Source of the DNA: a virus
Taxonomy: Duplodnaviria; Caudoviricetes
DNA length: 56,140 bases
Strand: one strand, 5' to 3'
Virus record (IMG/VR): IMGVR_UViG_3300012005_000007
Span: 1-56,140 of that record
Made by a program: the position numbers and the translations under genes. Shown here in pieces: positions 18,763 to 27,878 of the stretch. Each line of letters begins with the position of its first letter. The stretch's first letter is position 1. The notes beneath the pieces are model-generated. The model searched no databases and had not been told where the DNA came from. It saw nothing but the letters and a program-made list of their open reading frames with translations.

Positions 18763-20013
18763 ATGAAAAAAAGATTACCTACTAGTACAGATTTAATTTG
18801 TGGAACGCATTGTGTTTATAGACATATTCGACCAGATATTAATCAACCCTTTTATGTAGGTATAGGAAAAGATTCTTGGAGACCTTATGCAAAAAGTAAA
18901 GGTGAAAGAAATGAAGATTGGTATAAAATTGTTGATGAACTTAAAGAAAAAGGATTAGAACCTATAATTGAGATTCTTTTTGAATACCTTACTTTAGAAC
19001 AAGCATGTGAAAAAGAGATAGAATTCATTTCTTTACACGGGAGGGTAGATAAAGGTACAGGGATTCTATGTAATTGGACAGATGGTGGTCTAGGTTTTAA
19101 TGGTATTGTTTACCATGAAAAAAGAATTGAAAAAATGAAATTAATCAGGAGTAGTCCTGAGTATAAAGAAAATCTTGCAAAACAAGTAAGTGAAAGACAT
19201 AAAATAAATCCTAATAATTATAAACCTACTTTAGAGCAAAGGCAAGCTGCAAGTGATAGGAATAAAAATAGAGAAAAATTTCCTTGCAAATATTGTCAAA
19301 AGTTATGTGATAAACAAAGTATTGACAGGTGGCATAATGAAAATTGTAAAAAAAGTCCAACTTATATAACTAAAATAAGTGAAAAAGTTATTTGCAATTT
19401 TTGTCAAAAGGAAGTTATTAAAGGTAAATATCAAAATACCTATCATTTTGAAAATTGTAAAAAAAATCCAGATAATATAAATCTTAAAAAAGGTGATAAA
19501 GAAATCCAATGTCCTTGGTGTTTAAAAGATGGTAAAAGAAAAAGTGGTATGGGCTTTCATATTAAAACCTGTAAAGAAAATCCTGAAAGAATTATAGTAG
19601 AAGTAAAAACCGTTACTTGTCCTTGGTGTAATAAATCAGGTAAAGCTACAGGGATGCATACTACTCATTTTGACTATTGTAAAGAAAACCCTAATAGAAT
19701 TAATAAAGATAAAACTTGTATTCATTGTAATTATAATGGTAATTCAGGAACAATTAAAAAATATCATAATGAAAACTGTAAATTATTAGGTGATAAAAGA
19801 GAAAAAATTTATAATACCCCTCACCACCAAAAAGAAATACTTAGGATAGCTAATACTGGTAGAAAAAAATCAGAAGAAACATTAAAGTTACTTTCTTTAA
19901 ATGGTTATTTTACTAAAATAGCAAAAGAAAAAGAAACCTGCCCCCACTGCGACTTTATCAGTAACAAAGGTAATGTAGTAAAACATATAAAGAGAAATCA
20001 TCCAAATGTCTGA
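18763..20013 (+). CDS. GIY-YIG-like homing endonuclease with tandem CxxC...HxxxC zinc fingers
   Basis: CVYRHIR...PFYVGIG...R, E..FI...GR....GILCNWTDGG; ATG 18763 follows a TATATTTG box (18751-18758). Confidence 0.75.
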   Translation: MKKRLPTSTDLICGTHCVYRHIRPDINQPFYVGIGKDSWRPYAKSKGERNEDWYKIVDELKEKGLEPIIEILFEYLTLEQACEKEIEFISLHGRVDKGTGILCNWTDGGLGFNGIVYHEKRIEKMKLIRSSPEYKENLAKQVSERHKINPNNYKPTLEQRQAASDRNKNREKFPCKYCQKLCDKQSIDRWHNENCKKSPTYITKISEKVICNFCQKEVIKGKYQNTYHFENCKKNPDNINLKKGDKEIQCPWCLKDGKRKSGMGFHIKTCKENPERIIVEVKTVTCPWCNKSGKATGMHTTHFDYCKENPNRINKDKTCIHCNYNGNSGTIKKYHNENCKLLGDKREKIYNTPHHQKEILRIANTGRKKSEETLKLLSLNGYFTKIAKEKETCPHCDFISNKGNVVKHIKRNHPNV

Positions 20014-22345
20014 AACTAAAAGACCTCGTAAGTGCCCAGTGGGAGCTTGTCGTGTATGGCTTTCGGGTCCTGTTATCAAATTCATGGATAATAATTTATG
20101 GAATGATGGTTGGATGCCTTTACCTACCCCTCCAAAATATATTTCTGATGCAATAGATACTCTTGACAGGCTTGCTAAAAGGATAAAATCTTATTCAGAT
20201 CCTGTTGATGGTGGACTTTGGCTTGACAAGGAAATTTCAGAATTTCGTCCCTCTTCAGGTTCTATATACTCACCAAAAGATTTCAAACAATACTCAGGCT
20301 TCTACGGAATAGAAGGATATAGTTTCCTTTCTGAATTTTCCAAACGTTATAACAGTGATAAAATTGATTTAAAGGCAGCAATTACTCAGGCGGTTCTTGA
20401 TGAAAACAGTAATGAAAAATTAGTTCTCTCAAAAGAAAGAATAGAGGACATAAAAGACGAAGTTAAATCAAATTACAAGAATAATTCAAGTTTTAACCCC
20501 AAAGATATCACCGAACTAAAAGATGTCCTTGAACGGGTTAATAAATACCTAGAACAAGGAGAAAACTTTGAAGATCCAATACAACTTGAAACTTACGCTC
20601 GTAACAAAAAGCTACTACAGTCATTTGGAGATACTTACGAAAAACTTCCCATCAAACGGGCATTAAGAGATAAAATGTTATCTGAGATGGATAACGCTTT
20701 TCAGGATAATTGGGGAGTACGTGAATCTTTCCGTAAAAAATTAGAAGATACATATTCTGCATACATCAAGAAAAATATAGAGAGAATAAAGAAAGATGAA
20801 GTTGAAGATTTTGAGAAAGAGATAGGTTGTAAAATAAATGTACCGACCAAAGAATTTTATGAGAAGTTAGATAATAGTTCTATAGTAAAAGATAAAGAAA
20901 TTAATCTAACTGATTTTATAGGGAAGAAGGTACCTGATTTTAATAATAAATATGAAGATGTAACTCTTCTCAGAATTTCTTCAGATGGTGATGTAATAGT
21001 AAGAAGTAAAGATGGTCATGAAAAAAATTATATTAGTCCTTATACTAACTTAAATGAAGCTGACGAACTTAAAAAGAAATTATTAGCGAGAGAATCAACC
21101 GACCTTTCAATAATTTTTCAACTTCGTTTCCAAGAACTCTATAATAAGAATTTAGAGGGTAACTGGGATGTTGCAGACATACCGGCACTTCATACTTTTG
21201 AAAAAATAATACATTACCTTCCACCAGGACATTGTTTAAATAATAATCTTCTGCGAAAAATTGAGAAAGACACTGCGTATTCAGATAAAGGAAACTATGC
21301 ACATTATTCACCAGGCGATAATTCTATATACCTTTCAAACAGTGCAATGTCCTCCACCGACAAATTTTCTGAACTAAACAGTGGAAATGAGTTTGTATCT
21401 GTATTAATTCATGAGATTGGTCATGCAGTATCAGAAAAATTTCATAGAGCACAAAAAACCAAATACCGAGATTTTTCAAGACAATGCGGATGGGGTTGGG
21501 ATTATCTTGATAAAGATGAACTTGGAACTTATCATGCAACCGGTGGTGATAAAGACATAAAACGGACAGGGTTAAATAATAATGTTAATCTAATAACAGC
21601 GTACGCTCATAAAAGTCCGGAAGAGGCATTTGCAGAATATTATTCTTTTTACAATCAGTACAAAACTGAGATTAATAATCTTCTCGATAAAAATGCAGTA
21701 GAAGGATTACACCGAGATAGTTCTGAAATAATTAATCCACATTATGGTAAGACAGTTACAGTTGAGAATATTATTAACACTAACATTGACCCAATTCTCC
21801 GACAAAATATTGATAAAGAACTATTCAGTCAACAGCGTAATGTACAGGATAATATAAAACTTCAGTTTGAGTCCCCTTGGAAATTAAGTCATCAAACAAT
21901 AAGGGAGGATGGGGTAGATAAAAAACAACTGCGTAATTATATTAATTTTGTCAAAGGTGAAGACCATAAACCATTGCTCGCAATTGAATATCCAGATGGA
22001 CGTAAAAAATTAATAGGAGATGAAGGAAGTGTATATCTAAATAGTGCAAACAAAATTGCTAAAAAGATAACACCAATATGTACAGTTTCTGAGGAATTCC
22101 ATACTAATCTTAAAGCGAAGGGATTCTTAGACCAAGAAATTGCAGATTATGCTTTCTTTTCAATTAAAGATTGTAAGTACCCTCTTTCTAAAAAAACTGA
22201 ATGGGAGAAGAAAACAGTATCAGGATTAAGATACGGATCAAACGGAATTATACCAGTTGAAAAAATAATAGGTAGTAAGGAAATATTTAGAAAAATGCGG
22301 ACAATTTATTATAGTGATGAACTTAAAAAAGCGTTAGAAAATTAA
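20006..22345 (+). CDS. Large protein with zincin metallopeptidase domain (putative virion-delivered effector)
   Basis: LIHEIGHAV (HExxH) and AYAHKSPEEAFAE third-ligand region; N-terminal PVGACRVW...DGW tag variant. Confidence 0.75.
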   Translation: MSETKRPRKCPVGACRVWLSGPVIKFMDNNLWNDGWMPLPTPPKYISDAIDTLDRLAKRIKSYSDPVDGGLWLDKEISEFRPSSGSIYSPKDFKQYSGFYGIEGYSFLSEFSKRYNSDKIDLKAAITQAVLDENSNEKLVLSKERIEDIKDEVKSNYKNNSSFNPKDITELKDVLERVNKYLEQGENFEDPIQLETYARNKKLLQSFGDTYEKLPIKRALRDKMLSEMDNAFQDNWGVRESFRKKLEDTYSAYIKKNIERIKKDEVEDFEKEIGCKINVPTKEFYEKLDNSSIVKDKEINLTDFIGKKVPDFNNKYEDVTLLRISSDGDVIVRSKDGHEKNYISPYTNLNEADELKKKLLARESTDLSIIFQLRFQELYNKNLEGNWDVADIPALHTFEKIIHYLPPGHCLNNNLLRKIEKDTAYSDKGNYAHYSPGDNSIYLSNSAMSSTDKFSELNSGNEFVSVLIHEIGHAVSEKFHRAQKTKYRDFSRQCGWGWDYLDKDELGTYHATGGDKDIKRTGLNNNVNLITAYAHKSPEEAFAEYYSFYNQYKTEINNLLDKNAVEGLHRDSSEIINPHYGKTVTVENIINTNIDPILRQNIDKELFSQQRNVQDNIKLQFESPWKLSHQTIREDGVDKKQLRNYINFVKGEDHKPLLAIEYPDGRKKLIGDEGSVYLNSANKIAKKITPICTVSEEFHTNLKAKGFLDQEIADYAFFSIKDCKYPLSKKTEWEKKTVSGLRYGSNGIIPVEKIIGSKEIFRKMRTIYYSDELKKALEN

Positions 22346-22349
22346 TATT

Positions 22350-22739
22350 ATGATAAACGAATTTAATAAAGGTAATGCGAGTAGAATATTAGCTTGTTAT
22401 TCCAATGCAGATGAACTTTTAAAAGGTGGTGAGGGTAGTAAGGGAGGAAAAGTTATAGGACATACCAAATCTGGAAAACCTATTTACGAAAGAAGTAAAG
22501 AAGTAATGAGTAAGTACTCTGATTTTTCAAAAGAAGACCACCAAGATGCTCAAAAAGAACATATTAAACATGCTGAAAAATATGCAGATGAAGAACAAAA
22601 AAACTTATCTGCATCAAATAAAGATTATTTAGAAGGTAAAGATAACTCTAAAAACCATGATAAATATTCTCATTCTAAAATTAAAAAAGAAGAACATATT
22701 GACCATGGTTCTTGGCATAGAGAAAGATCTAATGATTAA
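22350..22739 (+). CDS. Small tagged His-rich protein
   Basis: ILACY leader; LLK|GGEGSKGGKVIGHTKSGKPIY; FSKEDHQDA. Confidence 0.75.
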   Translation: MINEFNKGNASRILACYSNADELLKGGEGSKGGKVIGHTKSGKPIYERSKEVMSKYSDFSKEDHQDAQKEHIKHAEKYADEEQKNLSASNKDYLEGKDNSKNHDKYSHSKIKKEEHIDHGSWHRERSND

Positions 22740-22908
22740 ACATACCCCAACAACTAAAAAGACAGTTTTATTAAAAACTAATAGTCTAAATGCCTATAAA
22801 GCACTTATAATTACAGGAACTATATCACATTATTATTTATATGACTTTTATAATAACCAAATTGGTGGTGCGATAATGGGAAGTATTGATAAAGATTTAA
22901 TAAATTAA
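22732..22908 (+). CDS. Small hypothetical protein
   Basis: ATG 22732 overlapping the upstream gene end is preferred to 22657. Confidence 0.45.
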   Translation: MIKHTPTTKKTVLLKTNSLNAYKALIITGTISHYYLYDFYNNQIGGAIMGSIDKDLIN

Positions 22909-22910
22909 AA

Positions 22911-25900
22911 ATGGAAGATTTAATTGAAATACCAGGGGGATTATTATCAAAATCTTATCTTGGAGAATTATATAATAAATACATTGTAAGCCCCTTTCAA
23001 GATACTTTTGGTCTTAAAAAATCAAAAGAGAAAACTGTTTACTGTGATGCAATAGTACTAAATTATTTAGGACAGTTACTTATCTTACAACGTTCTTATA
23101 ACGCCTCATTTGGACCAGGAAAATGGTCATTACCAGGCGGGCATCTTGATCCAGGAGAAACAATACAACAAGGTGCAGAACGTGAACTTGATGAAGAAAC
23201 AGATATAATTGCAGACCTTGAATTTTTACAAACTATAGAAAAAGAAGATTGTACAATTCATTACTTTACAGGAAATGTAACAGATCCACAACTCATTTTG
23301 GATAATGAAGAACATTACAGATTTGAATGGATAGACACATCTGAGATACCTGAATACGATTTCTTACTAGATCTTGGTACTACACTTTCAAATTTATTTC
23401 CAAATTTTGTAGAAGAACCAATTGAAAATAATGAGGAACCAAATCTTAATTTAGCTGATGAACTAGATAAAAACTATGAAATAGTAAAAGTCGAATTTGA
23501 GAAGGGTAATGTAGATCTTGATACATTTTTAGATTATACACTTAAATATAATATTCTAAAAAAATCAGAAGGCTCCCGTGGAGGTCATATTATTGGACAT
23601 ACGAAAAGTGGAAAACCCATTTATGAAGACCACAACCATCCCTCACACCAAAACTTTACCCATCAAGACCATGAGGATGCAGAAACAGCTCATGCTAATA
23701 TTGGTAATACTTTAAAGAGAAATTCTTCAGATTGGAAACACCATTGGAATGAAGGAGGAAAACATTATGATAGTTCTAAAAATAAAATGGTAGAAGAACC
23801 AACTTTTAAAATAGACAAAGAAGATAAAGATGGTTTTTCAGCTGTACATTATTCTGACCAACCAGATTTTGAAAAAGGTGGAGAAGGCTCTCGTGGAGGT
23901 AAAATAGTTGGACATGATAAAAATGGTAAAGCGATATATAACTCAGGTGAATTAGTTGGTAATAACCAAATTCCTTACCATAGATCTCAATCAGTAACTT
24001 ACCATAGAGATTACGAATTTGGTAAAACAGGAACTGAAACTGCAAAAGTAGTTAGTGTAAACCCACATTCTGGTCATGTATTACTGGATAATGGACATGA
24101 TCTTCACCATATAGAACTCCAAAAAAGAGAAGGACGTGGAAGTAAAATAGTAAAGAGTGAGATAACTGATGAAGAAATAGATGAACTCATCAAAGGTGCC
24201 CGTGCCCAAATTGGAGAGGTACGTACATGGGGTAAAGAAAAATGGGTAAAACACATTGATGGATGGGTACACGTTTCAGACAAAGGTAAACATATACTTG
24301 AACGCCCAGGAGGTAAACGTGAAGTTGCAAGTGAAAGTCATGTAGAACATGCTAAAAAGTATTTAGAAAATAAATTACCATCAGGTTCAACTACTGAAGA
24401 AAGAGAAAAGTTTAGAGAGGAAAATAAACCAGAGGAAATTGATAACTTTTCAGAATTTAAAGATATAGTAAATACCTCCTCTTCACTTGAAGAAGCATTT
24501 AATAAAGTAAAAAACAAAAAAGATGTACCAAATCAAACTGCAAGAGAATTTAGAGATAGGTTCGACCCTGATAATGAATTAACACCACTTCAGGCATTTA
24601 CAAAATTTTATGATGAGGTAAAGAAAGTAGATAAACCTGGAGAGTGGGTAATGGGGTATACAAAAAGTGGTAAACCAATTCATTCAGGTTTTGAACATCC
24701 TGACCATAAAAATTTCACAAAAGAAGACCATAAGGATGCAGCTGAACTAATTGGTCAAAACCAAACTATATTCCAGAAGTTCAATAGAAGTTCTACTGAC
24801 CCTGAGGAAAATGATAAGATGATTAAAATGGGTGAACAGAAACTTAAACATATTGAGAGTAGTAAAGATGAGTTTGAATGGAAGAAAAATAACTTTGGAC
24901 ATGATTTATACCATAATGGTGAAAATACAACTTTAGGTGCAAAAAAAGAAAGTGATAAAAAAGGTGTAGAGGAACTTTATAGAAATTCTCCTAATTATAA
25001 AATTTCAAACAACACTAAAAAGAATGTAAAAGAAGGTAAAGTAGACTTAGGCATAGAAGGTATTAGTTTTAATTATAAAATTAATAATGAGGGTTTTTAT
25101 GATATATACGAGGATAAAACTGAAACCAAAATACCAGTTATGTCACCAACATATACTTTATCTGAGGCAAAAACCGATGCAATTAGCTATATAAAAAATG
25201 ATATAGGTTTAGAAAAGTTTAAATCTTTGGTTGAAAACTTTAAGAAACCAGTTGAAACTGAAATAGAAAAGAAAGAAAAAACAACTGACTTACACCGTGA
25301 AGAACATAACCAATTAGTAAACTCAAGAGATAGATCTTTAAGTAGATTATCTGAAACTCGTAAAAAATATGGTTCAGGTTATGGTAAAATGGAACCATGG
25401 AAACGTGCAGCATTAAAAAGAGATGAACATGAAGTTGATAAGTCAAATAAAAAAATTGACCAATTTAAATATAACCATACTGAAGTTCGTAAAGCATTAA
25501 AAGAAGTTGGTATTTCTGCATCTACAACTCAAACAACTGCAATCAGAGGTTTTACTAATGAGTCTAAAGGTTATAATTTAAATGAAGGTGGTTATAATCC
25601 AGATCTTTTAAGTTTAAACCATATATCACTTGAAAAATTTGAAGAAGTAAAATCTGCACTTGAAAAAAGAGGTTTTGAAATAATATCCTCTTCACCACCT
25701 TCTAAAATAATTGCAGGAGGTTCATCTGCAAGTATAAAGTTTGAACCATATCATAAAGATGAAGATTTAAAATTAAAAAAGATCCAAAAGGCAGATGATG
25801 ACTTAATAAACGCACTAATCAAAGCAAAAGAAGTTAAAAAACCTGAAGATAAAGACAAAGAACCAACCGAAGATGAACAACGCCTAGGTACTGCAGATCC

Positions 25901-26645
25901 TCATTCAGATTACAAACTTAAAAAACATGCTCGTAGTGCCTCAGAAGAAAGTTTAAATAAAACAATCAAAGGATCAGGTGATGAAAAACTACGAAAAATT
26001 GCACATAAAGAACTTGACCGTAGAAAGAAAGAAGAACACATCAAAGATGAAAAAGAAAAAGCAGCAATTGCAGCTGCAAAGAAACCACTAAAAAAAGGTG
26101 AAGAAAACTTCTTTGAAACTACCGCTAAGGAGTTTGAAAAAATTTTAGATAAGGCAGTAGGTGATGAAAATACACCAGTTGAAACTAAACCTAATGAAAT
26201 AAAAACTGATAATCATGTGGTAAGTACAGACAAAGATCTTGAAGTAACTGCAGAGGTTGGTCCTGATAAAATGGAGAAGGGAACTTATGTTGATAATTAT
26301 GAAAACAGACATGAAGGAATAGTGGGACAAGAATATCACCATACAGAAAAAATTGAAGATGATAGACCTGCAAATATTAAACTTGAACATAATATAAATA
26401 CCACACTTGGTAATATGATGAAAGGTATATATTATGAAGATGGTTTAAATGACCAACAGTTATATAGTCTTGACCTTCTTGCAGAAAATTGGAGTATAGA
26501 TCCACTTCACTATATTTCAGACATAACTAAATCTGACTTACCAAACCAAACACATACAGTTAAAATAATTGACCAACGTAATAACCAAACACTGGTAACT
26601 GCGGATATTGACAGTGCAGGGAAGTTGTCAAATGTAGTTTTATAA
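22911..26645 (+). CDS. 1244-aa modular polyprotein: Nudix hydrolase plus multiple tagged modules
   Basis: Nudix box GGHLDPGETIQQGAERELDEETDI; three GHT/GYT tags; AQIGEVRTW tag; many xxK|[GAS] sites. Confidence 0.8.
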   Translation: MEDLIEIPGGLLSKSYLGELYNKYIVSPFQDTFGLKKSKEKTVYCDAIVLNYLGQLLILQRSYNASFGPGKWSLPGGHLDPGETIQQGAERELDEETDIIADLEFLQTIEKEDCTIHYFTGNVTDPQLILDNEEHYRFEWIDTSEIPEYDFLLDLGTTLSNLFPNFVEEPIENNEEPNLNLADELDKNYEIVKVEFEKGNVDLDTFLDYTLKYNILKKSEGSRGGHIIGHTKSGKPIYEDHNHPSHQNFTHQDHEDAETAHANIGNTLKRNSSDWKHHWNEGGKHYDSSKNKMVEEPTFKIDKEDKDGFSAVHYSDQPDFEKGGEGSRGGKIVGHDKNGKAIYNSGELVGNNQIPYHRSQSVTYHRDYEFGKTGTETAKVVSVNPHSGHVLLDNGHDLHHIELQKREGRGSKIVKSEITDEEIDELIKGARAQIGEVRTWGKEKWVKHIDGWVHVSDKGKHILERPGGKREVASESHVEHAKKYLENKLPSGSTTEEREKFREENKPEEIDNFSEFKDIVNTSSSLEEAFNKVKNKKDVPNQTAREFRDRFDPDNELTPLQAFTKFYDEVKKVDKPGEWVMGYTKSGKPIHSGFEHPDHKNFTKEDHKDAAELIGQNQTIFQKFNRSSTDPEENDKMIKMGEQKLKHIESSKDEFEWKKNNFGHDLYHNGENTTLGAKKESDKKGVEELYRNSPNYKISNNTKKNVKEGKVDLGIEGISFNYKINNEGFYDIYEDKTETKIPVMSPTYTLSEAKTDAISYIKNDIGLEKFKSLVENFKKPVETEIEKKEKTTDLHREEHNQLVNSRDRSLSRLSETRKKYGSGYGKMEPWKRAALKRDEHEVDKSNKKIDQFKYNHTEVRKALKEVGISASTTQTTAIRGFTNESKGYNLNEGGYNPDLLSLNHISLEKFEEVKSALEKRGFEIISSSPPSKIIAGGSSASIKFEPYHKDEDLKLKKIQKADDDLINALIKAKEVKKPEDKDKEPTEDEQRLGTADPHSDYKLKKHARSASEESLNKTIKGSGDEKLRKIAHKELDRRKKEEHIKDEKEKAAIAAAKKPLKKGEENFFETTAKEFEKILDKAVGDENTPVETKPNEIKTDNHVVSTDKDLEVTAEVGPDKMEKGTYVDNYENRHEGIVGQEYHHTEKIEDDRPANIKLEHNINTTLGNMMKGIYYEDGLNDQQLYSLDLLAENWSIDPLHYISDITKSDLPNQTHTVKIIDQRNNQTLVTADIDSAGKLSNVVL

Positions 26646-26648
26646 AAG

Positions 26649-26694
26649 TTTTCAAATAAATTTTAAAAGCTCAATTCTTATTGTTATATTTACA
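26649..26694 (+). promoter_or_regulatory. Early-type promoter, copy 2
   Basis: TTTTCAAATAAATTTTAAAAGCTCA-N11-TATATTTACA. Confidence 0.8.
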
Positions 26695-26717
26695 ATATCA
26701 AACAAAAAGAAAAAATT

Positions 26718-27269
26718 ATGAAAACTTTACCATCATTTGATGAGCTTAAAAATTACACAATTGAAAACTGTAAAAGATTAAGTGCTTGTCAACCAGAATT
26801 TAAAAGAATTCTTTCTTCTTCTAACTCAGAGGAACTACTACAAGTTATTAAAGATAACATTCATTGGGTTATTACTAATAAATTATTTACTACTGATGAT
26901 ATACAAGACTGGTTTGGTAAAGATTTATTAAACAAGTCAGGTATTTATGTTTCTGAAATTGTTAGTTTAGAAGTTAAGAATTCAGTTAGTTTAGTCTTTT
27001 TGGGTAGTTCTTCAGCAACAATCAAAACCTTGGGTAGTTCTTCAGCAACAATCAAAACCTTGGGTAGTTCTTCAGCAACAATTGAAACCTTGGGTAGTTC
27101 TTCAGCAACAATCAAAACCTGGGATAGTTCTTCAGCAACAATTGAAACCTGGGATAGTTCTTCAGCAAATTATGAACTAAAAAGTACTTCTTTTGGGACT
27201 ATAAAAGATTTAACTAAAAAGAAATTGATAGTTTATAAATCAGCTTTTGAAATTATTGAAATAATGTAA
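26718..27269 (+). CDS. Protein with 10-aa tandem repeats (probable beta-solenoid)
   Basis: (LG/WD)SSSATI(K/E)T repeated about 5.6 times. Confidence 0.8.
   Translation: MKTLPSFDELKNYTIENCKRLSACQPEFKRILSSSNSEELLQVIKDNIHWVITNKLFTTDDIQDWFGKDLLNKSGIYVSEIVSLEVKNSVSLVFLGSSSATIKTLGSSSATIKTLGSSSATIETLGSSSATIKTWDSSSATIETWDSSSANYELKSTSFGTIKDLTKKKLIVYKSAFEIIEIM
27000..27168 (+). repeat. 30-bp coding tandem repeat, about 5.6 copies
   Basis: Unit TTGGGTAGTTCTTCAGCAACAATCAAAACC with few variants. Confidence 0.95.
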
Positions 27270-27274
27270 CAAAA

Positions 27275-27649
27275 ATGGAAAGCGTACAAGAAAAAATTAG
27301 AGAAGGGTATTATGAAAATAAACTTACTTACCCAGGTCATCCAACCTACAAACCAGGTGAAGATGAGGAACTTCAAAACTTTGTAGGGACATATAAAGAA
27401 TTAAAAGAGTTTGAAAAGTCACAATCTGAAAAATTTAATGAAAACCTTAAAAAATTACAGATTGAATACGGTAATGAAAATGCCCGTTTAGGTGATGAGT
27501 TTATAAAAGACTTGGAAGAAGAATTTGGTGTAACAGGACATCCAAAAGCTGGTAAACTTTATTCAATCGCATATAGTCACGGACACTCATCTGGGTACAG
27601 TGAAGTATATAACTACTATTCTGAATTTGTAGAACTTATAATAGATTAA
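27275..27649 (+). CDS. Hypothetical protein
   Basis: AYSHGHSSGYSEV motif of small phage proteins. Confidence 0.75.
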   Translation: MESVQEKIREGYYENKLTYPGHPTYKPGEDEELQNFVGTYKELKEFEKSQSEKFNENLKKLQIEYGNENARLGDEFIKDLEEEFGVTGHPKAGKLYSIAYSHGHSSGYSEVYNYYSEFVELIID

Positions 27650-27651
27650 TT

Positions 27652-27864
27652 ATGAAAACTTCACCTAAAATAGAACTTGCATTAAATATAATTGGTATAA
27701 ATAAGTGTACTCAAGATCTTATTGATATTATCAAAAATAATAACAAAAAATACTCAATTGATTGCATAGTAGAATTTTTAAATGACTATGACCATAACAG
27801 AGATTTAGGTGAAAATTTATTTTGGGTTGCAGGTAAAGTTTATACTTATCTTAAAAACTTATAA
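27652..27864 (+). CDS. Hypothetical protein
   Basis: 70-aa ORF, tightly packed. Confidence 0.6.
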   Translation: MKTSPKIELALNIIGINKCTQDLIDIIKNNNKKYSIDCIVEFLNDYDHNRDLGENLFWVAGKVYTYLKNL

Positions 27865-27878
27865 AAACCAATTTAACC

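Noticed and set aside
27000-27168. 30-bp repeat array as CRISPR
   Set aside because: No unique spacers; it is an in-frame coding tandem repeat and no cas genes are present.
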